A stretch of DNA of 32,000 nt from Mycobacterium tuberculosis H37Rv. GTDB lineage: Bacteria; Actinomycetota; Actinomycetes; Mycobacteriales; Mycobacteriaceae. The notes under the pieces are model-generated. The model saw nothing but the letters and a program-made list of their open reading frames with translations. It made no database searches and was not told the origin of the DNA. A program made the position numbers and the translations under genes. Below, piece by piece: positions 11,942-21,432 of this stretch. Each line of letters begins with the position of its first letter. The stretch's first letter is position 1. The stretch spans positions 2,130,001-2,162,000 of the forward strand of contig NC_000962.3 of the NCBI RefSeq assembly GCF_000195955.2, written 5' to 3'.

Positions 11942-12350
11942 GTGGCCAACAGCCCAGGTTCCGGTCGGGTTTCGGCGCGCACCCCGGCGAAGCTGACGAG
12001 GCGGTCTAAGGTCACCTTCACCCGCGCATGGCCGGCCAGCAACAACGACGGCTGTCCCACCGAGCAGAAGTACTGGGCGATGGTGTGCACCGCGGTCGGC
12101 TACCACCGCGACGACCCCGCCGCAGAACTGCTGTTACGCAACGAAGGCTTGGCAGCTGCAGTCCAAACTGGCCACCTACGTCTACCCGCCACAGAAACTA
12201 GTCGCCAAGGTCCGTGCGGGCGCCAAAGTGTCCGACAACCACGACCAGGCGACCACTCTGTTCCACCACGCGATCGATCACCCAACCGTGACCGTGCAGC
12301 AGACCTACTCCCTGATCAACCCTCAATCGGCCCCGGGGCGATGGACCTTG
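11942..12350 (+). mobile_element. degenerate 3' remnant of a DDE (rve/integrase-type) transposase gene; no start codon, at least one frameshift
   Basis: Frame 2 reads ...KVTFTRAWPASNNDGCPTEQKYWAMVCTAVGYHRDDPAAELLLRNEG. From about 12162, frame 3 reads SKLATYVYPPQKLVAKVRAGAKVSDNHDQATTLFHHAIDHP...TYSLINPQ. This parallels the remembered transposase pattern FTRSRPY..ND.A.VEQKN..VR...GY.RYDT..EL.LLN....N.F.P..K......GAKV.K.YD.A.TP..R. Confidence 0.55.
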
Positions 12351-12520
12351 ATCCGCTGGGGCCCCGCCGGTAGCCTAGTGCTGCGAATTACGCTATGCCG
12401 AGTCTCGGAATTGCCGGCCCGCCGTTCACCACGTTCAAACGCCCGAGACCGGTGCCAGGCAGGTACGCGAACCTCATGGGTCTCAATTCGTTCTGCCACA
12501 AAGAAAGTGAGTAAGCCAGC

Positions 12521-13675
12521 ATGCGTGCGGTAGTCATCGACGGGGCCGGCAGCGTCAGAGTCAACACCCAGCCCGACCCGGCACTGCCCGGGCCTGACGG
12601 AGTGGTTGTCGCCGTGACCGCCGCCGGCATCTGCGGATCCGATCTGCATTTCTACGAAGGCGAATATCCGTTCACCGAGCCGGTGGCCCTCGGTCACGAG
12701 GCGGTAGGCACCATCGTCGAGGCCGGGCCACAGGTGCGCACCGTCGGAGTTGGCGACCTGGTCATGGTGTCTTCAGTGGCCGGCTGCGGCGTCTGCCCGG
12801 GATGCGAAACCCATGATCCAGTCATGTGCTTCTCCGGCCCGATGATCTTCGGCGCCGGCGTGCTTGGCGGCGCACAGGCCGATCTGCTGGCGGTGCCGGC
12901 CGCCGATTTCCAGGTGCTCAAGATCCCCGAAGGTATCACCACCGAGCAGGCACTGCTGCTCACGGACAACCTCGCCACCGGTTGGGCGGCAGCCCAACGA
13001 GCCGATATTTCATTCGGCTCCGCCGTGGCGGTCATCGGCCTGGGAGCCGTCGGCCTCTGCGCGCTGCGCAGCGCCTTCATACACGGTGCCGCAACGGTTT
13101 TCGCTGTCGACCGAGTAAAGGGACGCTTGCAACGCGCGGCCACCTGGGGTGCTACGCCGATACCGTCACCGGCGGCCGAGACGATTCTGGCCGCGACGCG
13201 GGGTCGCGGCGCAGACTCGGTGATTGACGCCGTCGGCACCGACGCCTCGATGAGCGACGCGCTCAATGCGGTGCGCCCTGGCGGCACCGTCTCGGTTGTC
13301 GGCGTGCACGATCTTCAGCCGTTTCCCGTGCCCGCACTGACGTGCCTGTTGCGAAGCATCACGCTGCGAATGACCATGGCACCGGTACAACGAACCTGGC
13401 CGGAACTGATCCCGTTGCTGCAGTCGGGCCGACTCGATGTCGATGGCATCTTCACTACCACCCTGCCGTTGGACGAAGCGGCCAAGGGCTATGCAACCGC
13501 GAGGGCGCGCTCGGGTGAGGAGCTAAGGTTCTGCTTACGCCCTGACAGCCGTGATGTACTGGGAGCGCATGAAACTGTCGATCTTTACGTCCACGTCCGG
13601 CGGTGTCAGTCCGTAGCCGACCTGCAGCTCGAGGGTGCTGCGGACGGGGTCGACGGCCCATCCATGCTCAACTAG
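12521..13675 (+). CDS. zinc-dependent alcohol dehydrogenase family (MDR) oxidoreductase (Rv1895-like) with a non-homologous 43-aa tail
   Basis: 384-aa ORF. It has GHEAVG, a structural-zinc Cys cluster [15 protein letters not shown] and GLGAVG NAD-binding motifs. The conserved core ends ...ELRFCLRP at about 13543. Confidence 0.9.
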
Positions 13676-14446
13676 CCACTCCACGGGATCGGTCTTGTCG
13701 TCGTAGGTGAGCGCGGAGAAATTCACGTCACCAGACATATTGACCCCCGGGTGTGCGGTTTCCAGCGCGGCGAGCTGCTCGTGATCCAACCGGGACCCTA
13801 AGGCGCCCAAGGCAACTCGGCTGCCAGGCGCACACAACTCATCGATCCGGGCGAACAGAGCATATTGCGCATCGCCGGTCAGGTAGGGCAGTAGTCCCTC
13901 GACCGACCAGGCGCTGGGTCGTTGCGGATCGAACCCGGCCGCTGTCAGCGGCGTGGGCCAGTCCGTACGCAGATCTGCTGGCACCGCCACCCGGTGAGCT
14001 TTGGGTACAGCACCCCGCTCACTTAGCACCCGTGCTTTGAATTCCAGGACCTTCGGCACATCGATCTCGAAAACCGTTGTCCCGGGCTGCCAGTCAAGGC
14101 GATAAGCGCGGCAGTCCAGACCGGCGGCGACGATCACCGCCTGTCGTATGCCAGCCTCATCAGCGCAGTTGAAGAAGTCGTCGAAAAACCGGGTTTGCAC
14201 GCCGTAGAGCCGAGGGAAAGCGGTGCCGTCCTCCGACGTTCTCGGGTTTGCTAACAGACCCTCCAGATACGGGTCGGCCGAAGCGGTGATGAAATGCTTC
14301 GCGTATTCGTCTTGGACCAGCGGTTTAGGGCCCGTGGTGTGCAGTGCACGCCAACCCGCAACCAGTAGCGCGGTGTAGCCCACGTTGCTGACAATGTCCC
14401 AGTGGTCGTCATCGGAACGAAGCGAGCCATACTCAGGTGTAGTCAT
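13535..14446 (-). CDS. SAM-dependent (Leu carboxyl-type) methyltransferase of the mycobacterial multigene family (Rv1896c-like)
   Basis: 303-aa ORF. ...[19 protein letters not shown]...[19 protein letters not shown]...[13 protein letters not shown]...[10 protein letters not shown]...[13 protein letters not shown]. Its ATG lies 4 nt after the dtd stop. Confidence 0.92.
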
Positions 14447-14450
14447 CTCA

Positions 14451-14882
14451 TCAGCCTTCCAGCATTACGGTCACCGGACCGTCGTTGACCAGTTCGACCT
14501 GCATGTGGGCACCGAACACGCCGGCTTCCACGTGCGCTCCCAACTGGCGCAGCGCTGCCGCGAACGCTGCTATCAGGGGCTGCGCCACCGCACCTGGCGC
14601 CGCGGCGTTCCAGGACGGTCGCCGACCCTTCGCGGTGTCTGCGTAGAGGGTGAACTGGCTGATTACCAGGATCGGTGCGTGCATGTCGGAGGCGGATTTC
14701 TCGTCGGCGAGAACCCGCAAATTCCAGAGCTTTTCGGCGAGACGGCGCGCCTTGTCGAGATCGTCGCCGTGGGTGACACCGACGAACGCGACCAGGCCCT
14801 GCCCGTCCGGCCGGATAGCGCCGACCACCCGACCATCGACCCTCACCGCAGCCGATGAGACCCGTTGCACCAGAACCCGCAC
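14451..14882 (-). CDS. dtd: D-aminoacyl-tRNA deacylase
   Basis: Track ORF 14451..15290. GTG 14882 gives [17 protein letters not shown]...[20 protein letters not shown]..., 143 aa, the canonical Dtd N-terminus and SQFTL motif. Confidence 0.93.
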
Positions 14883-14939
14883 GAGCCTCGATGCTGCCAG
14901 GCCGGCTATGCAGTCGCTGGGGCTGGGTAGGCTCATTGT

Positions 14940-15248
14940 GTGTCTGTGCTGGTCGCGTTTTCCGTCACCCCGCTGGGCGTGGGGGAGGGGGTCGGCGAGA
15001 TCGTCACCGAAGCGATTCGCGTGGTCCGTGATTCCGGCCTGCCGAACCAGACAGATGCCATGTTCACCGTGATCGAAGGCGATACCTGGGCGGAAGTGAT
15101 GGCCGTCGTGCAGCGCGCGGTGGAGGCCGTGGCCGCTCGGGCACCGCGAGTCAGCGCGGTGATCAAGGTGGACTGGCGTCCCGGGGTCACCGACGCGATG
15201 ACCCAGAAGGTCGCTACCGTCGAGCGGTATCTTCTCCGGCCTGAATAG
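14940..15248 (+). CDS. MTH1187/YkoF-like (DUF77) thiamine-binding-fold protein (Rv1898-like)
   Basis: 102-aa ORF with a GTG start. [56 protein letters not shown]. Confidence 0.88.
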
Positions 15249-16245
15249 CAGCGCTAAACGCCCGCTCGGCCGCATCCCCATGGACCGCAAATACCACCCT
15301 TTGCAGCGACCCCGGCCGGTGCCGACGGACGGCGCCGACCATCAGCCGCGCAGCGTCGTCGAGCGGAAAGCCGCCCACGCCCGTGCCGAAAGCCACCAGC
15401 GCCAGCGAGCGGCAACCGAGCTCGTCGGCTTTCCGCAGGGTAGCAGCGGTGGCTGCGGTGATGATCTCGCCCGAGGTCGGACCTCCTAGCTCCATCGTCG
15501 CCGCGTGGATCACGTAGCGCGCCGGCATGTCACCGGCCGTGGTCTCGACCGCTTCCCCAAGCCCAATCGGCGCCTTCTCGGTGGACTCGCGCTGCAGCTC
15601 GGGGCCGCCGGCGCGGGCGATGGCCGCAGCGACACCACCGGCATGCCGCAGTCGGGTGTTCGCCGCATTGGTGATGGCGTCGAGCTCGAGCTTGGTCACG
15701 TCGGCCTGATGTACCTCCAACTCGATCATCGACACATTGTCCCCCCTGCAAGTACTCGGCGGCCGCGGTGATGCACCCCTTGTTGTGTTGGACCGTCGCC
15801 ACCATCGCCCACACAATCGAACCCTCGCCCGGCGCCACTGCGGCCCATCGAGACTCCGGCCCATCGAGCCCAGATTCAGGGTAGCTTGAGGTGAACGAGG
15901 ACAATCAAGCGGCTGGCAAGGACACAGACCGATGGCTCGTGATCCAGTTGTACCGAGGGTGCGAACAGCATGAGTGGCGACGACGCCGGGCCGGGCGAGG
16001 TCAGCCATGCCCGCGGCGTCGGTGGGCCGGGCGGAGCCGGAGGCGCCGGTGGCCGGGGTGGTGCCGGCGGTCGCGGCGGGGCGGGCGGTAGAGGCGGAGA
16101 TGGCGGCATAGGCGGGGCAGCGGGCCCCGGCGGTCAACCCGGCCAGGGCGGGGTGGGCGGCGCACCCGGCCCCGGTGGAACCCCCGGCGAACCAGGTCAG
16201 CCCGGCAAACCAGGACAACCGGGGCAACCCGGCAGCCCGGGACAT
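15214..16245 (-). CDS. lppD: macro-domain protein (annotated as lipoprotein LppD). Only 15214..15729 encodes the recognisable macro domain; the upstream 172 codons are doubtful.
   Basis: Track ORF 15214..16293. The macro domain is [36 protein letters not shown]...YVIHAATM...[18 protein letters not shown] 15729 is preceded by GGGGGGA. The database-style ATG 16245 overlaps the lipJ stop (TAATG). Confidence 0.75.
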
Positions 16246-16248
16246 TAG
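15970..16248 (+). CDS. candidate 92-aa Gly-rich (PGRS-like GGAGGR repeats plus 14 Gly-X-Y triplets) ORF, antisense to the lppD 5' half
   Basis: Track ORF 15970..16248. The ATG has GAGGG 10 nt upstream. Repeat units differ only at + strand synonymous positions; see findings. Confidence 0.4.
16039..16242 (+). repeat. period-3/period-18 Gly-codon repeat tract (GGAGGR x3 at 16039-16092; Gly-X-Y x14 at 16123-16242)
   Basis: Read directly from the codons in the frame of ATG 15970. Confidence 0.9.
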
Positions 16249-17633
16249 CGCGTGCGGGTGGCGTCGTCGCGCATGAGCACGCATAGCCGCCATCTGCCCG
16301 GTACGCCCTTGAGTTCCTGCTCACCACGCTCGGCGAACCGGTGCCGTGATCCGGCGACGATGTCTCGCACGGTCGAGGACACCAGCACCTCACTGGGTCC
16401 GGCCAGCGCGCAGACGCGCGCACCGATATGCACGGCCACGCCGGCGACGTCGGTACCGTGCGAGGCATCGCGCACCTCGACCTCGCCCGCATGAATACCG
16501 ATCCGGACCTCAATACCCAGCGCGGCGACCGCGTCGACGATGTCGTCCGCGCACGCGATCGCGGCACTCGGACTGGTGAACGTCGCGACGAAACCGTCAC
16601 CGGCCGTGTTCACTTCGCGACCGCCGAACCGCTGGATTTCGTGGCACACGATGGTGTCGTGGTTGTCCAACAGGTCGCGCCATCGGTCGTCGCCGAGCGC
16701 GGCGGCGTGCTGGGTCGAGCCGACGATGTCGGTAAACATGATGGTGGCAAGCATGCGCTCGGCGTCAGCGCCGCCGCGCACGCCGGTGATGAATTCCTCG
16801 ATTTCATCGAGCATCGGCCCGGTGTCGCCAACCCAGTACAGGGTATCGGTGCCGGGTAGTTCGACCAAGCGGGATCCAGCGATGTGCTCGGCGAGGTAGC
16901 GACCATGTCCCACCGGGATGTACGTCGATCCGACACGGTGCAAGATCAGTGTTGGAGCCTCGATGTGTCCCAAGACATCTCGTACGTCGGCCTCGGCTAT
17001 GACCTTTGAAACGGCACGGGCAATGCTCGGCGGTCCGGCACGGTTGCCGGCGAGATCCCACCAGGCTCGAAACACGTCATCTCCGGCCACGGTAGGAGCC
17101 ACGATGCTCAGCACGTCGAAGCCCCGCTCGACGGCATCCGGTTCCAGCGCCACCGTCAGGAACGGGTCAGCTCGACGAACCTGGGCGCCTACCGGGTAGT
17201 CGGGCGCCCATAGTGGGCGCGCCGAGCCGTTGACGACGATCAGGCTGCGCACCCGCTCGGGGTAGTCGGCGGCGAGAACAAGTCCGTTCATGGCGTGGAA
17301 ACTGGGCGCGAAAATTGTCGCCTGCTCGCATCCGACCGCGTCCATCACCGCGATCGCGTCCTGGGCCCAGAACTTCGGCCCCAGCGTGGTTATCGCGGCG
17401 AGCCGTGACGACAGGCCGACCCCACGATGGTCGAGGCGGATCACCCTGCTGAATGACGCAAGACGGCGATGGAAACGGTACAGCGATGGCTCGTCGTCGA
17501 TCGAGTCGATCGGCACGAACGGCCCCGGCAACACCAGCAGATCCGTCGGACCGTCACCCAGCACCTGGTAGGCGATATCCATGTCGCCGCATTTTGCGTA
17601 GCGGGTCCTGTGAATGTGGGGAGCCTGCGCCAC
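16245..17633 (-). CDS. lipJ: alpha/beta-hydrolase domain fused to a class III adenylyl/guanylyl cyclase domain (LipJ)
   Basis: 462-aa ORF with a GTG start. The N-terminal hydrolase fold is (...[19 protein letters not shown]...). The C-terminal cyclase is ([23 protein letters not shown]...[12 protein letters not shown]...[11 protein letters not shown]). Confidence 0.93.
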
Positions 17634-17636
17634 GGT

Positions 17637-17658
17637 CCTACGTTAGTTCATGCGTAGG
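17637..17658. promoter_or_regulatory. inverted repeat CCTACG-N10-CGTAGG filling the 28-bp lipJ/cinA divergent spacer
   Basis: Seen directly. It lies between GTG 17633 (minus strand) and ATG 17662 (plus strand). Confidence 0.25.
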
Positions 17659-17661
17659 CTC

Positions 17662-18954
17662 ATGGCGGTGAGCGCACGTGCGGGCATCGTGATCACCGGA
17701 ACCGAGGTCCTGACCGGGCGGGTCCAAGACCGCAACGGCCCCTGGATCGCCGATCGGCTCCTGGAGCTCGGGGTCGAGTTGGCACACATCACGATCTGCG
17801 GCGACCGTCCCGCCGACATCGAGGCACAGCTGCGATTCATGGCTGAGCAGGGTGTGGACCTGATCGTCACCAGCGGCGGCCTGGGGCCGACCGCCGACGA
17901 TATGACCGTCGAGGTGGTGGCGCGCTATTGCGGGCGCGAGCTGGTGCTGGACGACGAGCTGGAGAACAGGATCGCCAACATCCTCAAGAAGCTGATGGGG
18001 CGAAATCCCGCTATTGAACCCGCCAACTTCGACTCCATACGCGCCGCCAACCGCAAACAGGCCATGATTCCGGCCGGATCGCAAGTGATCGATCCGGTGG
18101 GCACCGCCCCCGGTCTGGTTGTGCCGGGACGGCCAGCGGTGATGGTGCTTCCCGGGCCACCGCGCGAGCTGCAGCCGATATGGAGCAAGGCCATCCAGAC
18201 GGCTCCGGTACAGGATGCGATTGCCGGCCGGACGACCTACCGACAGGAGACCATCCGGATCTTCGGCCTGCCGGAGTCTTCTCTGGCCGACACACTGCGT
18301 GACGCCGAGGCAGCCATCCCGGGTTTTGACTTAGTCGAGATCACCACCTGCCTGCGGCGCGGCGAGATTGAAATGGTCACTCGCTTTGAACCGAACGCCG
18401 CGCAAGTGTACACGCAATTGGCACGGTTATTGCGCGACCGGCACGGCCACCAGGTCTATTCGGAAGACGGTGCGTCCGTGGACGAGCTGGTCGCAAAATT
18501 GCTAACTGGCCGCCGGATAGCGACCGCCGAATCCTGCACCGCAGGGTTGCTGGCGGCACGGCTCACCGACCGGCCCGGGTCGTCCAAGTACGTGGCGGGC
18601 GCAGTGGTGGCCTACTCTAACGAGGCGAAGGCACAGCTTCTCGGTGTGGATCCGGCGCTGATCGAGGCCCACGGGGCGGTTTCCGAGCCGGTCGCCCAGG
18701 CAATGGCAGCGGGGGCGCTGCAAGGCTTCGGCGCCGACACCGCCACCGCGATCACCGGAATTGCGGGTCCGAGTGGGGGAACGCCGGAAAAGCCTGTGGG
18801 AACAGTGTGCTTCACCGTCCTGCTGGACGATGGCCGAACAACCACCCGAACCGTGCGGCTGCCCGGGAACCGGTCAGACATTAGGGAGCGCTCGACGACT
18901 GTGGCGATGCACCTGCTGCGGCGCACCCTGAGCGGTATCCCGGGCTCACCCTAG
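17662..18954 (+). CDS. cinA: CinA: MoCF-biosynthesis-like N-terminal domain plus PncC-type NMN deamidase/pyrophosphatase C-terminal domain
   Basis: Track ORF 17650..18954. [30 protein letters not shown]...[12 protein letters not shown]..., and the C-terminal ...[25 protein letters not shown]...[10 protein letters not shown]. Confidence 0.95.
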
Positions 18955-18960
18955 CGACGG

Positions 18961-19020
18961 CGAAATCGACAGCAGCGCGACAAAGTTCGACGAGAAGACA
19001 CCGCGCTAATGTCGATTTCG
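18961..19020. terminator. long composite inverted repeat between convergent cinA and the MFS gene
   Basis: cgaaatcgaca (18961-18971) pairs perfectly with tgtcgatttcg (19010-19020). Inner arms agcgcg/cgcgct extend the stem. It starts 7 nt after the cinA stop and overlaps the minus-strand stop 19006-19008. Confidence 0.4.
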
Positions 19021-20274
19021 ATGACGAACAAGAAAAGCAGTTTCCGTAGTACCAAAGCGGATTCCGGTGGCATCCTTGCCAATCGCCGTCAGCACCGCTA
19101 CGACCAATAGCACGGGCACGATCGTCGCGGCCAAGGCGAAGGGGTAGCCATGGGATTCGGCCAGACGCTCTTGAATAGGAAGGTTGAACGCCGCCAGCAG
19201 ATTACCGAGCTGGTAGGTTACGCCGGGGTAGACGCCCCGGATAGCGTCTGGCGACATCTCGGTCAGATGCGCGGGGATCACACCCCAGGCACCCTGTACG
19301 AAGACTTGCATCAAAAACGAACCCAGGCACAACATCGCCGCAGTGCGCGAGTAAGCGAACAGCGGCACGATCGGCAGTCCCAGCGCCGCACAGAAAACGA
19401 TGGTGTAACGGCGGCTGAACCGCTGGGACAACGTGCCGAACGCCAGACCGCCGATGATGGCGCCGATGTTGTAGATCACCACTATCCACCTGGCGGTCAG
19501 GCTGGACAAACCGGCACCATGATCGGTAGTCGCGGTCAGGAAGGTCGGGTAGACATCCTGGGTGCCGTGGCTCATCCAGTTGAAGGCGGTCATCAACAGC
19601 ACTAGGTAGACAAACCGGCGCACAATTGCGGGGTTACCCAGGACATCGCGGATTCGGGTCTTGGTGAGCCGCATGCGGTCCTGCGCGGCTTCCCAGACTT
19701 CGGATTCCTTTACCCGGTACCGGATGATCAAGCTGATCAGAGCCGGGATGATGCTTAGGCCGAACAACCACCGCCACGACAGCCCTAGCCAGTTCATCAC
19801 CACCAGCGCTGCCACACTGGCCAGCAGATAGCCGAACGCGTAGCCCTCCTGCAGCAGCCCGGAGAAGACGCCACGCCGCTCGGCTGGAACCTTCTCCATG
19901 GACAGCGCGGCACCCAGCCCCCACTCTCCGCCCATGCCAATGCCGTAGAGCAGTCGCAGGATCACCAGCACGGTGAAGTTGGGTGCGAATGCGCACAGAA
20001 ATCCGATCACCGAATAGAACGACACGTCGACCATCAGCGGGACCCGCCGGCCCACCCGGTCGGCCCATAGCCCGAACAGCAACGCACCCACGGGGCGCAT
20101 GGCCAGGGTGGCGGTGGTGAGAAACGCGACGTCGGTCTTGGTGTGGTGGAAGGTCGTTGCGATGTCGGCATAGACCAGCACCACGAGAAAGTAATCGAAC
20201 GCATCCATCGTCCAACCCAAGAAAGATGCCATAAAAGCGTTTCGCTGGTCGCCGGTCAACCGCGGTGCTGCCAC
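19006..20274 (-). CDS. nanT: major-facilitator-superfamily transporter (annotated NanT-like sialic-acid/organic-anion transporter)
   Basis: Track ORF 19006..20460. About 12 hydrophobic segments, with the MFS motif [16 protein letters not shown] 20274 is the database-style start as I recall it. Confidence 0.9.
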   Translation of the reverse strand: MAAPRLTGDQRNAFMASFLGWTMDAFDYFLVVLVYADIATTFHHTKTDVAFLTTATLAMRPVGALLFGLWADRVGRRVPLMVDVSFYSVIGFLCAFAPNFTVLVILRLLYGIGMGGEWGLGAALSMEKVPAERRGVFSGLLQEGYAFGYLLASVAALVVMNWLGLSWRWLFGLSIIPALISLIIRYRVKESEVWEAAQDRMRLTKTRIRDVLGNPAIVRRFVYLVLLMTAFNWMSHGTQDVYPTFLTATTDHGAGLSSLTARWIVVIYNIGAIIGGLAFGTLSQRFSRRYTIVFCAALGLPIVPLFAYSRTAAMLCLGSFLMQVFVQGAWGVIPAHLTEMSPDAIRGVYPGVTYQLGNLLAAFNLPIQERLAESHGYPFALAATIVPVLLVVAVLTAIGKDATGIRFGTTETAFLVRHRNRH

Positions 20275-20363
20275 GTCTGCATCGTGGCGTACCGGGCGCG
20301 GCACCGCGAGTCCGGGGACATGGCGAACAGCGGCGGCTCGCATGTCCGTGGCAGGATCGGGCA

Positions 20364-20768
20364 ATGGTGCCTTTTCTGATGCGCGCCGCAGTGACCGGAT
20401 TCGCATTATGGGTGGTGACTCTTTTCGTCCCGGGCATGCGGTTTGCGGGCGGCGACACAACGCTGCAGCGGGTCGCCATCATCTTCGTCGTCGCGGTGAT
20501 CTTCGGTCTGGTCAACGCGTTCATCAAGCCCATCGTGCAGATCTTGTCGATCCCGTTGTACATCCTGACTCTCGGTCTTTTCCATGTAGTCGTTAACGCG
20601 TCGATGCTGTGGCTTACCGCGTGGATCACTGAGCACACCACCCACTGGGGACTGCAGATCGACCACTTCTGGTGGACCGCGATCTGGGCGGCGATCTTGT
20701 TGTCGATCGTCAGCTGGATCCTGTCGCTGTTGGCTCGTGACTTTCGACGTGTCACTCGCGCACACTAG
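20364..20768 (+). CDS. DUF360 / phage-holin-4-like four-helix membrane protein (Rv1903-like)
   Basis: Track ORF 20265..20768. From ATG 20364: [25 protein letters not shown]...[35 protein letters not shown]. Confidence 0.85.
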   Translation: MVPFLMRAAVTGFALWVVTLFVPGMRFAGGDTTLQRVAIIFVVAVIFGLVNAFIKPIVQILSIPLYILTLGLFHVVVNASMLWLTAWITEHTTHWGLQIDHFWWTAIWAAILLSIVSWILSLLARDFRRVTRAH

Positions 20769-20853
20769 AGCCACAAATTTTGGTGGGGGGACATCCTAGG
20801 TTTTCGGGGCATGTTCCACTTATGCTTACTCACACTGCTTGCCAACCTCGTCC

Positions 20854-20872
20854 AAGACAGGCACCCTGTCTT
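20854..20872 (+). terminator. 8-bp stem / 3-nt loop hairpin downstream of the DUF360 gene
   Basis: aagacagg-cac-cctgtctt, 86 nt after the stop. There is no real U-tract (an I-shaped type, as is common in mycobacteria). Confidence 0.35.
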
Positions 20873-20950
20873 CGGCGTGATGACGCTGACCTCCCGCCCT
20901 CCAATACGCCGGACGGCAGCACCTAACAGCACACGACGACGGGACTGCAA

Positions 20951-21385
20951 ATGATGCGCACTGTCGCGATTGGACCAGGTGCCGGTCCTTCGAGCACACG
21001 GCCGAGTTCGCAACCCAGTGACCTGCATAGCGGCCTACGCGCGGTTACCGAGTGCACCGGCTCAGCGGTGGTCGTTCATGTGGGCGGCGACATCGACGCC
21101 AGTAACGAGGTCGCTTGGCAGCGTCTGGTGAGCAAGAGCGCCGCTATCGCCATCGCGCCGGGTCCGTTCGTCATCGACATTCGGGACCTCGACTTCATGG
21201 GATCATGTGCATACGCTGTGTTGGCCCAGGAGTCGGTGCGGTGTCGCCGGCGCGGGGTGAATATGCGGTTGGTGAGTAACCAGCCGATCGTGGCCCGCAC
21301 CATTGCCGCGTGCGGACTGCGGCGACTAATTCCGCTGTATGCAACGGTCGAGACCGCACTGGCGCCGCCTCCCAGCGCGCATTGA
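20951..21385 (+). CDS. STAS-domain protein (anti-sigma-factor antagonist family; Rv1904-like)
   Basis: 144-aa ORF (a second ATG at 20954 is equally possible). ...SAVVVHVGGDIDASNEVAWQRLV...FVIDIRDLDFMGSCAYAVL... Confidence 0.88.
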   Translation: MMRTVAIGPGAGPSSTRPSSQPSDLHSGLRAVTECTGSAVVVHVGGDIDASNEVAWQRLVSKSAAIAIAPGPFVIDIRDLDFMGSCAYAVLAQESVRCRRRGVNMRLVSNQPIVARTIAACGLRRLIPLYATVETALAPPPSAH

Positions 21386-21432
21386 CCGACCCATTAACCG
21401 ACCGGTGCCACCCAACCCGCCATGGTGTCGGG

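Noticed and set aside
15891-16091. 66-aa + strand ORF (…[29 protein letters not shown]…) next to the Gly-rich ORF
   Set aside because: It is a different frame of the same GGN-repeat DNA, and the Arg/Trp-rich product is typical of an off-frame reading. The wobble argument supports the frame of ATG 15970.
19634-20755. 373-aa minus-strand ORF overlapping the MFS transporter and the DUF360 gene
   Set aside because: It is out of frame with the MFS gene and antisense to the DUF360 gene. The sequence is Arg/Pro-rich with no membrane or domain signal.
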